Numbered from the whole stretch's first letter, positions 1 to 13,240 are shown. The stretch is 54,523 bases of DNA, filler included, from Squatina squatina (GCA_031763465.1; 3 parts of 3 records of this genome joined end to end with filler, not necessarily neighbours in it), one strand, 5' to 3'. Translations and numbers: made by a program. Notes: generated by a model not told the origin, from the sequence alone.

Positions 1-134
1 CTGCTGGATACTGAAATCCTGTAGAAAACATCAGTCAAAATGCAGTATAAATTGTCAGTAGAGTCTATCATGCTTATGCTCTCTCAAATGTGAGAGCCAT
101 AAAATGTTAGCGTCTTGTGAAAACATCCATCGAG

Positions 135-350
135 TATCATACAACGATATAGCACAGAAAGGGGCAATTTGGCCCATCATGCCTTTGCTGGCTGTTTGAA
201 AGAGCAATCCAATTAGTCCCAGAACTGTGCTCTTTTCCCCATAGCCCTGCTATTTTCTCTCCTTCAAGGATTTATCCAATTCCCTTTTGAAAGTTACTAT
301 TGAATCTGCTTGCACCACCAGGCAACCCATTCCAGATCTTATAATGCGAA
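135..350 (-). mobile_element. CR1-type LINE 3' end fragment (degenerate)
   Basis: Resembles the inverted CR1 tail motifs (acagaaaggggcaatttggcccatc...tccaattcccttttgaaag) and the related fragment at 34400-34720. Boundaries approximate. Confidence 0.55.
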
Positions 351-1048
351 TAGGTCACTGGTCAGATATACAAAGTTGAGTTCATGTTGTGTTCTCCTGC
401 TGACAGAAATAACCTGGTTGGTATGCAAAGCACGGATTTAAAACATCCTGTCACAACCAGAAACTGTTACCTGTCCTTGAGAAATGCGTCTTGTGTTGTC
501 TGTGATTGAAGTAATCAACTGCATGCCCTTTCAGTCTGTTTGAGAATTATAAAACAAAGTTGAGTTAAATCAGAAAAAAATGTTTTCTTGTGCATTTGTT
601 TCAGTCCCTTTCCCCTGCCTTGGAGCATGCTCCCGAAAGCAGGTGTGATATTTTACTGTCAGTACATCAAAGTGCGACAACCAAATAACTGGTGAATCTG
701 GTTGACCTATTTCCACTGGGAAATTGTGGGGCTGTCCAATTCCATTCACTTGGAACTATCATGACCCTCTTGCCTAGCTCTGACCCTCTTGCCTAGCTCT
801 GACCCCAGAAGCAGTTACATAACCCTGAGCTATTTACTGCTGCATCGGGCAAAGACCAATAATGGAAACCTGCATCCATCTATATTATGTTGACTTGGTT
901 TAAACCCAGGTCCCAATGGCTATGCTAGAGGGTATGTCTGATACAACCTGTTGGGTCTTCACACTGGAAATGTTGCAACTATGTCAGTATCATTGGTTAA
1001 GTATCTACGTGTGTATAATTGCCAACACTTTTTTTTTCCCCCTTCAAG

Positions 1049-1174
1049 GCATCTTTAGGTACAACGAAGTATTGCAGTTATTTCCTAAAGAACATGCAAT
1101 GTCCTAAACCAGACTGTATGTATTTGCATGAGCTAGGGGATGAAGCAGCCAGCTTCACTAAAGAAGAGATGCAG
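1049..1174 (+). CDS. CNOT4: CCR4-NOT subunit 4, internal exon (end of RRM and C3H1 zinc finger)
   Basis: Pyrimidine tract + ag|GCA...CAG|gtaggt. 126 nt encoding ASLGTTKYCSYFLKNMQCPKPDCMYLHELGDEAASFTKEEMQ, matching recalled vertebrate CNOT4. Confidence 0.97.
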
Positions 1175-1960
1175 GTAGGTTCACCAGCCTATAGAAAATA
1201 ATGTGTGGAGTAAGCAGCTCAATCAAAAAATTAACTCATCGAAGCAAATGTTTGCCTGACTGGGGACTTCGACTACTTTGAAATAAGATTACTTAAACAA
1301 TCATTGTGCTTTTTTTTTAGTAAAACTAACTACGGTATCTTAAATGTTGAATGTATGCTACTTTCTAACTTCCAGATATGACTTAACAGCTATGCACCAC
1401 CTCAGATTCAGTGTTTCTTATTTGCCTCCGGACTGGTTTGAGACTTGCATATTGACTATATTGGCATTCACTGCCAGCTGTATAAACTCAGTTCTCCAGA
1501 CCCAAAATATCTGACTTGACTCATTTGGAACTGTCAAATTTGGGAGAGAATTCTGATGCTCGGGGTAAACCGATTCAAAACCCTACAAGTGTNNNNNNNN
1601 NNNNNNNNNNNNNNNNNNNNNNNNNNNNNNNNNNNNNNNNNNNNNNNNNNNNNNNNNNNNNNNNNNNNNNNNNNNNNNNNNNNNNNNNNNNNATGTGACG
1701 CTGACCTTGTAATTGATTTCTTTGCTGCTTTGACTTTTATATAAAGAGCATGAGAATCATAACAATCTGCTAATTTCCTAATTTACCTTGTCTTTTATTT
1801 TACTCTCTAATGTTGGTGGGATCCTGCTCTATGAACCTTGCCTCTCTCCTGGGCTTCTTGTGTTTTTTAAAAAAAAATCTGATAGAAAATGAGCAGATCG
1901 GCACACTGAGGATCACTGCAAGCACATCATCAACTTGTTACAATTTCTTTTTTTTTGCAG

Positions 1961-2018
1961 ACCTGTGGATAAACCACCAGAAACACTCAGTTTAGGAAAT
2001 GGAGACAATTTACAACAG
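1961..2018 (+). CDS. CNOT4: CNOT4 short internal exon
   Basis: tttttgcag|A CCT...CAG|gtgaga. 58 nt encoding PVDKPPETLSLGNGDNLQQ, against recalled human PIDKPSDSLSIGNGDNSQQ. Confidence 0.9.
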
Positions 2019-2899
2019 GTGAGATGCGTTTGGATCTTTATTTCAAATATATGCTGAGTTCAATGACTACCTTGTTTTACCCCAGTCCAACACTTTTTTA
2101 AACTCTTGCTTTCTTCTCTCAGCCCCCGCAAACCTTTCAGTGCCTATCCCTTCAATGATTGACTCCAAGCTAAATACTTTTCCAATACCTAGAATTCTGG
2201 GGATGTGAACATAAAACATTTAACTTGAACCTCATATGAGTACACCATCCTGGATCAGTTGGAAGCTTATGGTGCTCATACCAGCTATCTTTCTGACTTC
2301 TCTGCAAACGGCATATTTTAACCCAGGCTACAGCAGCAGACCCATTCTCGAAGACCAGCTTGATGGTCCATATACATTTGACTTTGGACTCTTGGAGGTA
2401 GCAGAGTGCGACTTTTTAAACTGAGATCTGAACTGCAGCTACTTTCAATGTTGAGACAATGTAGCAAAGCAGTTTAAGAAAAGTGATAGTGTTGGGATGT
2501 ATAACCATAAAACTGGGATGCAAGTCTGTCAGAGTAATCCTGGGCTTTAGAATGCCTGGTTAATACTTTGTTAAATTATGGTCATTGTTGGATAATAAAG
2601 GCATTGGAAAGGGTGCAGAGAANNNNNNNNNNNNNNNNNNNNNNNNNNNNNNNNNNNNNNNNNNNNNNNNNNNNNNNNNNNNNNNNNNNNNNNNNNNNNN
2701 NNNNNNNNNNNNNNNNNNNNNNATGTCCGGTGGTGATGAAAGGCGCTATAGAAATGCAAGTCTTTCTTTCTAAAGTTCATAGGTCACAGGTTTAGAGTCC
2801 CAGAGGTCATGGGAAGCCATTGTGCCAGTCTGGGCAGACAGCTGTGTCAACATTCCCCCGAGGGGCAGCATTGGGCGCAAAATAGCCGCTGCCAAACAC

Positions 2900-3090
2900 T
2901 GTTGATAGCTCAGTTGCTGAACGTCCAGTGTGGTAGTTCATACGAAAGGCCCCAGATTTAATCCCGGATATGTGCCAAGTTAGCTGAGGTCAGGTGGGTC
3001 ATCAGCTGTGGTGCAATATTTGGTCATGAATTAGGGAGGGAAAATGATCCAACACGATCCCCATCCAGTGCCTCTGCTGGCAGAAAGAAC
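2900..3090 (+). mobile_element. Ancient tRNA-derived SINE remnant (AmnSINE2-like)
   Basis: gatagctcagttg head, aaggccccagatttaatcccgg...gttagctga and tagggagggaaaa motifs; related to copies at 44315-44670 and 44935-45235. Confidence 0.45.
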
Positions 3091-3869
3091 GTGCAGTTAT
3101 ATAGCAACTCATAAATATCTTTCAATTTTCCCCAAAGTACTGAATATAAAGTTAATTAGATTGTGCCCTCACTGTTGTTTCAGTATACGCAGCAGCCAAT
3201 TTGCAGACATCAAGGTCCTACAGACTGCACTCTCCTCCTCTCTTGTCCAATCGTCCCACCCAGTGAGGTACTGAGGGCAAACCTCGCCAACCTCCTTCTC
3301 AAATGGGTCACTCCATCTACCGTTGCCCCTTTGGGCTGCCACAGCCCCTCTGCACATTTCCTGGTGTTTTAGTACCCTCGTGACCAGGCCTCACCGTATC
3401 CAGCATTACAACTCCTCCCCTGAACACTCTGATCCTTGGACTCTGGCCTCTTGGTGCATCCTCCCTCCTTTTGCTCCATCACTGCTGGCTGTGCCTTCAG
3501 TCACCTAGACCTCCTGCTGGGGAATTCCCTCCCAAAACCTCCTCTTTCTCTCCATCTGCCTCTATCTGTCTATGTCCATGTTTTATGTCTGGACCAGTGT
3601 CTGTCTGGGTAACTATCTCTACATAGACATGTAGGCATTAGCAAATAGCATGATAAGAATGATTATAAGGAATTAATTTCATGGAGGTTGGTTTAGATGA
3701 CATTGTATTCATGAGAGCAAAGTTTACATAGGTAGTTTGGGGATCTAACTTCCCAGGTAATACCTATTCCATCCTTACCTCCACTGTTAGAATATATACA
3801 GTAAGGTTAATCTGTTAGTCTGTAATGAAGAGTTAAATTATGATTGCAGGTTGCATAAACGTGTTCCCT

Positions 3870-4220
3870 TGAGTTTTGAAGGTTTCGGGGTGATCCTAAT
3901 TGAGTTGTTTAAAATAATGAAAGGTATTACATTGGGTAGATACAGAAAAACTATTTCCTCTGAAGAAGAGGGTGCAATCAAAATTAGAGCGAGGCTATTT
4001 AGGGGTGAAATCAGGAAGCACTTTTTAATACAAAACGTAGTAGAAATCTAGAACTCTCAAAAGGCTGTGGATGCGGTGTCAACTGAAATTTTCAAGAATG
4101 AATTGATAAATTTAATTTGGTAAGCGTATCAAAGGATATTAAGTTAAGATACAGATCAACCGCAATCAATTAGAATGGTGGAACAGGCTCAAGGAGCTGA
4201 ATGACCAACTCCTGTTACAA
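3870..4220 (+). mobile_element. CR1 LINE 3' fragment (RT C-terminus plus 3' tail)
   Basis: Encodes LIELFKIMKG...IKIRARLFRGEIRKHFLIQNVVEI, followed by the agatcaacc...gaatggtggaacaggctcaaggagctgaatg tail. Confidence 0.75.
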
Positions 4221-4466
4221 TGAGAAACTCGGCTTATGGGTCTTAATTTTTTTTTTAAATGCCAACACCATTCAGAATTCAACTTGGACACTTTCACATT
4301 TACTGAAGTAGTTTAAATAGTTTAACATTGGGTGCAACTGAAGAGGCTACTCAGCTGCATATCTCGTGACTGGCACAGAGACAACAATGAAGTTTTAATT
4401 TCTGATCTCTATTTGGATTGTACCTCATCAGTAATGTAATTACTAATATACGGCCGNNNNNNNNNN

Positions 4467-4694
4467 CACCGCCAGGCTTAACAAAACCCAACCCAGTCGT
4501 CCCCATTAGTTCATCCAATCATAATGCACGGTCTCCTTTTGAGGGGGCTGCAGCAGAATCCCAGTCCCTCTTTTCAGATAACAGTAACTTCAGACACCCC
4601 AACCCTCTCCCCAACAGCCTGCTTTATCCTGCTTCATCGCCATCAACACACGACTGGCCAACGGCACCAGAGCCGCAGAGTCTCTTCACATCAG
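4467..4694 (+). CDS. CNOT4: CNOT4 internal exon (5' end lost in gap)
   Basis: PPGLTKPNPVVPISSSNHNARSPFEGAAAESQSLFSD...DWPTAPEPQSLFTS, then donor G|gtatgt. Confidence 0.95.
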
Positions 4695-6004
4695 GTATGT
4701 TCCTTTGCGAGTGTTCCACTGGATCTGGGGGATCTATGCTTGGACCTTGATGACTAAAAGGACACTATTATATGCACTTTCTGTGAAGTGCACAAAGCTC
4801 ATCAGCTAAAAGTGAGATAAGGAGCATAAATAGTACATAACTTAAATCAACAAAGCAGTGGAAGGAAGATATAAATGTTGTGCATAACCTCTAATGNNNN
4901 NNNNNNNNNNNNNNNNNNNNNNNNNNNNNNNNNNNNNNNNNNNNNNNNNNNNNNNNNNNNNNNNNNNNNNNNNNNNNNNNNNNNNNNNNNNNNNNNGAAT
5001 AGCCAGTCTTTGATGGTAATGGTGTTTTAAGAATCAATATACAGACCTCCAGTGATGAAACAGTTACCACTTCAGACAATAATTGTGTGCGTGACCTTAA
5101 AGCCACACCTTGTGAAGTCACATCGGCTCTGAGCTGATGGGTTTTCTGCTGACATGAGGTGTTGTGTGACTTTGTTGACCCCTTGCATGCAGCTTCCAGT
5201 TGTACAAAATGTAAGTTATAACACTAGCAAAAAATGTCACTACTGTGGTGTCTTCAGTTCCTGTGACAAGTTTAGCACATTGTAAGGTTCGCATGACCGG
5301 TGGAGCAAGCAGTTTGTTCCCTGTGACAATAATTAATTTTCGATATAAAAGCTTTCTACACAACTATGACTCCACAGTAAATGTTCTCTGGTTTGGCTGT
5401 AGGGTGCGAGAAGTCTACATGTACCTCATTCTTTCCTGAATCCACTGCATGAAAAAAGGGAGGCAAAAGCTCCTAGTAAATTCTGTGCTAATAGCTCAGT
5501 GGAACTGTACCCCAGCATGGAGTTATCAGTTCAAACCAACTATCCTTTCCTTCCTCACTTCCTTCTCTTTGCCGCGCGCTCCTGCCCACCCTCACCCCAC
5601 GCGCATTAGTTTTACACTTGCCTGAGGATTGAGCTGATGTGCTTGTCGGGAGGAGGAAGGGGGAGAACAGGAGCTTACATCAGCCCAGTATTTCCAACAA
5701 GATGCATTGTCGGACTTTACCCGGCCCTCTTGTATTTACAGTACTGTTTTCCCCCTATGTACAACTGGAGCCTTCATATCTACATGGTGCCATATAATGA
5801 ACCTGCTGAATGAGCACTTTTAAGCTGTGCTTTTCCCAGTTCAGTTCCCACTAGGACCACCTTCATTCACTCATTTTGATGGAAAGGAATGGGCTGAGAG
5901 TTGACGGCCCTCGTCACACAATGGAGAGTATTGGACTTGGTTATATAAATATACTTGCAGAAAAATTTATTCATATTCTCTTGTTTCCTTTTGATAACTT
6001 TCAG

Positions 6005-6502
6005 AAACGATCCCAGTATCCTCCTCAACAGATTGGCAAGCAGCTTTTGGGTTTGGCTCCTCCAAACAGCAAGAGGATGACCTGGGTTTTGACCCGTTCG
6101 ACATCACCAGGAAAGCCTTAGCAGACCTGATAGAGAAAGAACTCTCAGTCCAGGACCAGCCTTCCAACACGGGCCTNNNNNNNNNNNNNNNNNNNNNNNN
6201 NNNNNNNNNNNNNNNNNNNNNNNNNNNNNNNNNNNNNNNNNNNNCTGCTCCTGCCACAACAGCCAACTCCATAGGCAACTCTTTCCCCAACTCCATATTA
6301 CAGCGGAGGTTCCCAGCTTTTCAACACAGAGCCGTCTACAACTCGTTCAGTTTTCCGGGTCAGGCACGGTACCCATGGATGACCTACCCTCACAATAGCA
6401 TGATGCACTTGAACCACACAGCAACACCCACCTCGAACAGTAATTTCTTGGACTTAAATATACCACCGCACAGCACAGGACTTGGTGGAATTCCTATATC
6501 AG
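6005..6502 (+). CDS. CNOT4: CNOT4 large internal exon with CAF40-binding motif (internal N gap)
   Basis: tttcag|AA. Encodes (E)TIPVSSSTDWQAAFGFGSSKQQEDDLGFDPFDITRKALADLIEKELSVQDQP...HRAVYNSFSFPGQARYPWM...NSNFLDLNIPPHSTGLGGIPIS, then G|gtaggt. Confidence 0.96.
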
Positions 6503-8664
6503 GTAGGTGGCAACTGGTGGATAATTCTAGCAGTTTACCAACTTGCTGAACCCTTGTTTTACAAGTGAATGTATAAAACCACCTTGCCTATGGGACTGGG
6601 GTGTACACGGGTGTTAGTAGTAATGTGGACGCTAAAGATGTATTTTGCATATCATAAGGGTGTGATGTTTGGGTACGTGACTTTCCTTTGACCACCTTCA
6701 TTGGTAAAGTTCCAAATTCTCACCACATTCCGGGCTTCCCTGATGGCTCAGCTGGAAATCGCAGTAAACAGCTGAGTCGTACAAAGGAGATTCCAGACTT
6801 GGATTTCTGGTCTATGCTAAGCTCATTCGTGGCGGTANNNNNNNNNNNNNNNNNNNNNNNNNNNNNNNNNNNNNNNNNNNNNNNNNNNNNNNNNNNNNNN
6901 NNNNNNNNNNNNNNNNNNNNNNNNNNNNNNNNNNNNNATACCTATAATGTGGATGTAGCTCAAAAGAAACTCCTTTGACCAGGTTAACAAGACCATGGCA
7001 GACTGCCATGTCGTGAGGAGGGCCTTGAGCCAGGTACATATTTCACTGCCCAGCAAAGGGGCCTTTGCATTCTCTGATCGGGTGGTGCCCATTGTCAGCA
7101 GCCTTGCTTCAGTTTGCATCTGCATTAACTTCAGTGCCTGTGTCTTAATGTGAACGCGCACAGGCAGCAATTATTTGAAGAGGCTGTTGGCTGACCTACA
7201 GCACATCAATTTTTCTGAGAGCTGCTCAAGCGAGGTTGTAAATGTCAGCAGAGCATTTTGCAAACTTGTAATTATTGAAAATCCATTCCGTTCAACTTTC
7301 ATTCTTTTTTGTGCTTTCAATGTTCAGTTTGTTGATGCGTGACGCACTTTAAACCGAACACTTGTAACCATCACATCTTGTGTGCGCTGTTGGTTGTTAT
7401 GGCCAGCAAACTGATCACTCAATCGCTTACGTAGTTAACTCCCAACTAGATCGTGAATCAGGACCACCGGTTTATCGTAACTGAATAACTTGGATTCCAC
7501 TTTTATTATGTGGAATTCGGGGATGTTGCGGGAATTGCCTTTTTACATTTTTGAAGTCAGTGTACCAGTGGCTTGGATTGAAAGCTCATCTGTTACCTGC
7601 TTAACCAAACTTTTTTTAATGAAAGAAAGAAAGTTTAAAGAACGAGGTGCAGAATGCCACTAAGGCTGAAAATGGCTGCATAAAAGATGAGGTAAATAAG
7701 AAAGTAGTAATTAGGTGAGGCAAGAGATGGATTATAAGAGGAGGAGGAAGAGTATAAACAGAAGGGTCAGGCTGCCACCCGAGGATATTGGCACATCTTT
7801 GTGTCCAAGATTGGGGGTGATGGTACAATCCAGGGGGATCTGCCACCTATTTCAATTCGGTTGTTTTTTAATCTGACTTAAGTGGCCCACCAGTATAGTT
7901 TGGCTGATCTGTTCCCCTCCCAATCAACAATTTGGTCTTGACCTGGGAGAGGAAGTATGTAGCGTGGTGAGCTGTGCGAAGAGAATTAACTTCTCAAGGT
8001 CCATTAACTTGAGGTTGCTAAACTATGATGGGGTTGAAACAGTAATGGTGTAGTGTTGAGACTCTCCTCCTGATTTGTAAATAACTTGAACAAATTAAAA
8101 TTTAGGTTGGATTTTGTAGGATTTCCAAAGCCCTGTTAATGCAGACTCCTTTCTTTTGTGGGACATGGAGAAGTGAGGTGATGTGAATTCAATGGGAAGA
8201 ACTTCCCATTCATTATCGGGCCTTGTAAATTTGAACTGCTGTCTTGCTTGGATTAGGTGCAAAACAGGTGGAAATTTTTGTTCAATCCTTTACTCGAGTA
8301 ATTTATATTCTACATTTTCTACCCCCTCTTCAAACAAAAGGTAGTTGGGATTCAGCTGTGCTCTGCTTTTCCTGAGCAGTGACTAATTATACTCTCAGTA
8401 GATGGGGGCTGGTGTCTAATGGGGCAAGTTAGGAAATTAATTGTTTCAAACTAATCTTGTAAAAGATGCACGTTAAAATCTGCGGAGTTAGCAGTTTATA
8501 CAGGCCCTTGACTTTTTTAAATTGTCTTGTAAATATGGTAACTTCACATTCCCTGTGGCTTTCTCACATGAATGAGCTGCAGAGGAATGTTGGTTGAGTA
8601 AACAGAAATCTTACTGAGTTTAGGAAGGACCCTTGTAGTTGGGCATCAGGTCGGACTAATGAAC

Positions 8665-8848
8665 GCGTGTGGACTTTGGAAGTTGGAAATCGCACTGGTC
8701 CAGAACAATGTGCGTGGACCTGGGTGACTGGAATAGAGACTGGATCCAGGGAATGTGCATGAACCTCGGTGACTGCAATAGAGACGGGATCTTGGGCATG
8801 CGTGTGGACCTGGGTGACTGGAATAGAGATGGAATCCAGAGGATGCTT
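8665..8848. repeat. 45-bp tandem repeat, about 4 copies
   Basis: Unit anchors gtggac/atgaac recur at 8669, 8714, 8759 and 8804. Unit approx. tgcgtggacctgggtgactggaatagagactggatccagggaatg. Confidence 0.85.
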
Positions 8849-9182
8849 AAAACCATTGAAATGGAGACTGGGCGAGCAAGTGGCCACTGGTTCAAAAATG
8901 ACAGTTGCTTCAGTAGGCAGAGGAACGGCAAGTATGAGGACCCCCAGTACAGTAGTAGGAATGGAAATGCCACCTCGTGTGTGCAAACCCAACTTAGATG
9001 GGGCCNNNNNNNNNNNNNNNNNNNNNNNNNNNNNNNNNNNNNNNNNNNNCATGCTAGCAGACTAGTGAATATGTGAGACCCCTTTTAAGTGGCATGGAGT
9101 CAAGACCAGTAAAATCCAAAACTTATCTGGCAACGCCCAGTTAATTTTTGTTTTTCCTTTTATTTTATTTTATTTTTTTCAG

Positions 9183-9389
9183 ACAGCGGCAGTAATATGG
9201 CAAGTTTAAATGTGAAAGAGTGGCAGGATGGTCTTCGGGCACTGTTACCAAATATTAACATCAATTTTGGGGGACTACCAAATGCTGCTTCCTGCTCTTC
9301 AGTGAACCATGCAGCACCAACCTCAGCCAACAGCACCAGCCTGAACTGGGAGAGTGGGAGTAGCTGGATGGACCCAGCAATTATAACAG
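9183..9389 (+). CDS. CNOT4: CNOT4 penultimate exon of the long isoforms
   Basis: Long T-rich tract + cag|AC. 207 nt, phase 1/1, encoding (D)SGSNMASLNVKEWQDGLRALLPNININFGGLPN...SWMDPAIIT, then G|gtgagg. Confidence 0.95.
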
Positions 9390-9609
9390 GTGAGGCCAAC
9401 AGATCATCTCCATTCAGCTCACTCCTTTACCCCTGAACAAATCCAGTCTGGATCCAGTGGTTCAAATGTGACCATCCAAATAAAGAAGCAACACTGACTG
9501 GCAAAATCACTGTTGATTTTGATCTTCAGTTTTGAAATCGCTAGCCATAGGATTTGTATCCATGATTTCAGGTGTTGCTGGGACCAGTTGACTAATGCTG
9601 TAGAAAGAC

Positions 9610-9745
9610 AGACTTACATTTCTATAGCACCTTTCACGCCCCAAAGTGCTTTACAGCCAATGAAGTACTTTTGAAGTGTCGTCACTGTTGTAGTGTAGGA
9701 GACGTGGCAGCCAATTTGTGCACAGCAAGCTCCCACAAACAGCAG
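9610..9745 (-). mobile_element. DeuSINE (SacSINE1-like) 3' fragment
   Basis: Reverse complement of the Deu core gctgtttgtgggagcttgctgtgcacaaattggctgcc plus the gtgctatagaaatg tail. Confidence 0.8.
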
Positions 9746-9749
9746 TATA

Positions 9750-9885
9750 TGATCAAAAAGAGAATTGTTGAAAGTGAGGTGGGACCCCTGAGCGAAGAGG
9801 ATTGTCAATTTATAAATAATCAGAAAATGGCGGAGGTGTGTAATAAGTACTTTGCATCGGTCGTTACTAATGAGAAGGATGACTG
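9750..9885 (+). mobile_element. CR1 ORF2 fragment
   Basis: VGPL...NNQKMAEVCNKYFASVVTNEKD resembles the CR1 linker motif MAE.LN.YFASVFT.E. Confidence 0.7.
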
Positions 9886-10117
9886 AGAGGAGATGAATCC
9901 TGANNNNNNNNNNNNNNNNNNNNNNNNNNNNNNNNNNNNNNNNNNNNNNNNNNNNNNNNNNNNNNNNNNNNNNNNNNNNNNNNNNNNNNNNNNNNNNNNN
10001 NNNTTTAAAAAGCATTCACAAATTTAATACCTAGACAATAAAAGAACTGCTGAACACAGAGTGGTATATACTCATTTCTTCATCTGTCTTTCTCTGTGTC
10101 TGTCTCCCTCTCGGCAT

Positions 10118-10281
10118 TTAAAATTCACTGGAATGGGAGTTCTGGGATAGCACTGCATTGGGGGTCACTTCATTCATCAGGAGCACAACTTCTTGAAACT
10201 CTGCCTGCTGCTTCAAGTAATCTGGAGGTTCCGGACATCGTGCAGTATTTGGAGAGAGTGTGGTTAACCTTGATGCTAAAA
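10118..10281 (-). CDS. Candidate terminal coding exon of an unidentified gene
   Basis: tttttttag acceptor, then LASRLTTLSPNTARCPEPPDYLKQQAEFQEVVLLMNEVTPNAVLSQNSHSSEF*. Non-repetitive and not recognised. Confidence 0.3.
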
Positions 10282-10519
10282 CTAAAAAAATGTACCTCTT
10301 CAGATTCAAAACTAAATCTTAAATAAAAAAAATACTTGACCCTGATGCATTTGGTCTACATCTGTGTCTATTCTTTCATTTACCCACATGCATCACTGAT
10401 AAACCAATATTGCTGTGTTTGATGCAGACCGCAGACCCACGACCAAGTCAGCTTCTGGGAAGTCAGATGTTTTGTATGCACTCGGTGCATAGGTCCAGGG
10501 TAACAGACTCCCACTGACC

Positions 10520-10759
10520 TGCAAATATTAACCAACTGCTGAGGGGCCCCGGCAAAACTGAGCAACTCTCCGGGAGCCACTGCCAGTATAGACCAACTTT
10601 CAACAATCCCCAGTAAATAGTGACGAACGGCCGAGGACCCCCATCAATATTAACAAGTGCCTGAGGACCGCCTTTCAATAAAAACCAACTCCTGAGGACC
10701 CCCTTTCAATATTAAACAAACCAAAGCGTGAGGAACCCCTGTAAATATTAACCAAATCC
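10520..10759. repeat. Degenerate tandem repeat, period about 30-32 bp
   Basis: Recurrent ctgaggaccccctttcaatattaac-like units running into a gap. Confidence 0.6.
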
Positions 10760-11325
10760 NNNNNNNNNNNNNNNNNNNNNNNNNNNNNNNNNNNNNNNNN
10801 NNNNNNNNNNNNNNNNNNNNNNNNNNNNNNNNNNNNNNNNNNNNNNNNNNNNNNNNNNNGTACAGTTTATTTCCACAGGGAAGAAAAAAAATTACAGTTT
10901 CACAAGGTACACTGATCATAAAACGCACACACGCACACACAAGTCAGTATGAAAATGATCCGTGAAAATACTCCCGACGCACAGAGCTCTGGATTTTAAT
11001 GGAGGAGATGTCCGTAGACTACAGCAGGTAAGTTGGGACACATCCACCATGATGAATTTAACTAATCAAACCTATTCATTGGCACAACCAAGATGTCAGA
11101 GTGTTGATCATCTCCATTGAATGCAACATTATAGATACAGCATATACATAGAGTTCTTCTTCATTCAAAGAAATAAGACTAACATATAAGTCAAGAATTA
11201 TACACTGCTGAGGGTTTGCTGTTGGGTAATTTCCAGCTTGTGTCATCAAAGGTCCATCAAGCCAGGCACTGAGTGAGCAAGACCCTTGGCCTGGTCCCCC
11301 TCGGAATTGGCCGCGTCCTTCAGCT

Positions 11326-11682
<357 letters not shown>

Positions 11683-12779
11683 TTAGTGTTGAGCATTGAC
11701 CTGGTAAAGTGATCTTTCATTCAAAGGTTCTGATGAATGGTCCCACCCAAAAAATAATCTCTTTCCCTTTCAGCTCTTGTGCATCTCCTGGTTTCCAATT
11801 TACTACCCACTCCACACCCCTCCTCCCTTGCCTCTTGCCTCTTGGTAGAGCTTGGTACCGGGGGAAGTGGGTGGGGAGGAGGCTGGGGGCCTTGGTACAC
11901 CTCACCCAGGAGGCCATTGTCCATGTGAGATAATAGCTAACTCAATCACGACAGGACATCACAGGAGAAAATTGACAAGGATAAAAATAGTCTAAAAGTG
12001 GGCGTGTAAATGGTCTCCCTGCTCTTCTAATCTGTATATGTATTAAAACCTACTTTACTTTGAGCCAATGACTTTCACTCACTGCTGTAAGTACTTGCAT
12101 CATCTCTCTGTCCATTACCCTCTGCGACAACAAACGGAACAGAGTGAGATCTGGTTGGCTTCATTCCCTGGCTCTCAGTCCTAATTGTGTATTGGCACAA
12201 GTACATTATCAGAAGAATCATACTTAAGACAGAAAGTAAGTGTTACACNNNNNNNNNNNNNNNNNNNNNNNNNNNNNNNNNNNNNNNNNNNNNNNNNNNN
12301 NNNNNNNNNNNNNNNNNNNNNNNNNNNNNNNNNNNNNNNNNNNNNNNNCTCCACTTAATCTTCTCTGCTCTAAGGAGAACAATCCCAGCTCCTCTGTTTC
12401 TCCTCATAACTGAAGTCCCTCATCTTTGGTAACATTCAAGTAAATTTGTTGTTGTATAAGGTGAAAAATACCCCAAATTGCCCAGCATGTCCACTTCAAA
12501 GAGAGTTGTCTGACCTCTGTTTATGTGTATTCCTTAAGAGGTGCTGGGAGAGAAAGCCCACCCATATTGATCACCAGGTCATCAATTGCTTATGCTTATG
12601 TACACCAGCCTTTATAATTGTTTCATTAGGAGGCTTTTTTAATTCGTTCATGGGATGTGGGCGTCGCTGGCAAGACCCATTCATCCCAGGTGTTGTGCGA
12701 CCCAACCAATGGATGGCTAAGGTCATCAACTCTACTATTGGACATATTCCTGGAAGTTTCATCACCTGACCAACAAGAA

Positions 12780-13240
12780 CAACAACTTGTAGTTATATAG
12801 CGCCTTTAACATAGGTGCTTCACAGGGGCAATTATGAAACAAAATTTGACACCAAGCCACATAAGGAGATAAGAGATAGGTTTTAAGGCTTGCCTTAAAG
12901 GAGGAAAGAGAGGTAGAGAGGCAGAGAGGCAGAGAGGTTCAGGGAGGGAATTCCAGAGCTTGGGGCCAATGCAGCCGAAGGCACGGCCGCCAATGATGGA
13001 GCGATTAAAATCAGTGATGCTCAAGAGGCCAAAATTGGAGGAGCGCAGAGATCTTGGAGGGTTGTAGGGCTGGAGGAGGTTGGCGATAGGGAGGGGCGAG
13101 GCCATGGAGGGATTTGAAAGCAAGGATGAGAATTTTCAAATTAAGGCTTAACCAGGAGCTGATGTCAGTCAGCGAGCACAGGGGGATGAGAGGTGAATGT
13201 GACTTGTGTGAGTTAGGACACAGGCAGCAAAGTTTTGGGT
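12780..13240 (-). mobile_element. L2-clade LINE 3' fragment
   Basis: KILILAFKSLHGLAPPY / LLQPYNPPRSLRSS / GGRAFGCIGPKLWNSLP motifs (frameshifted), ending in an aaggcgctatataactacaag tail. Confidence 0.85.

Noticed and set aside
762-805. 19-bp tandem duplication tgaccctcttgcctagctc
   Set aside because: An ordinary local slippage duplication in an intron.
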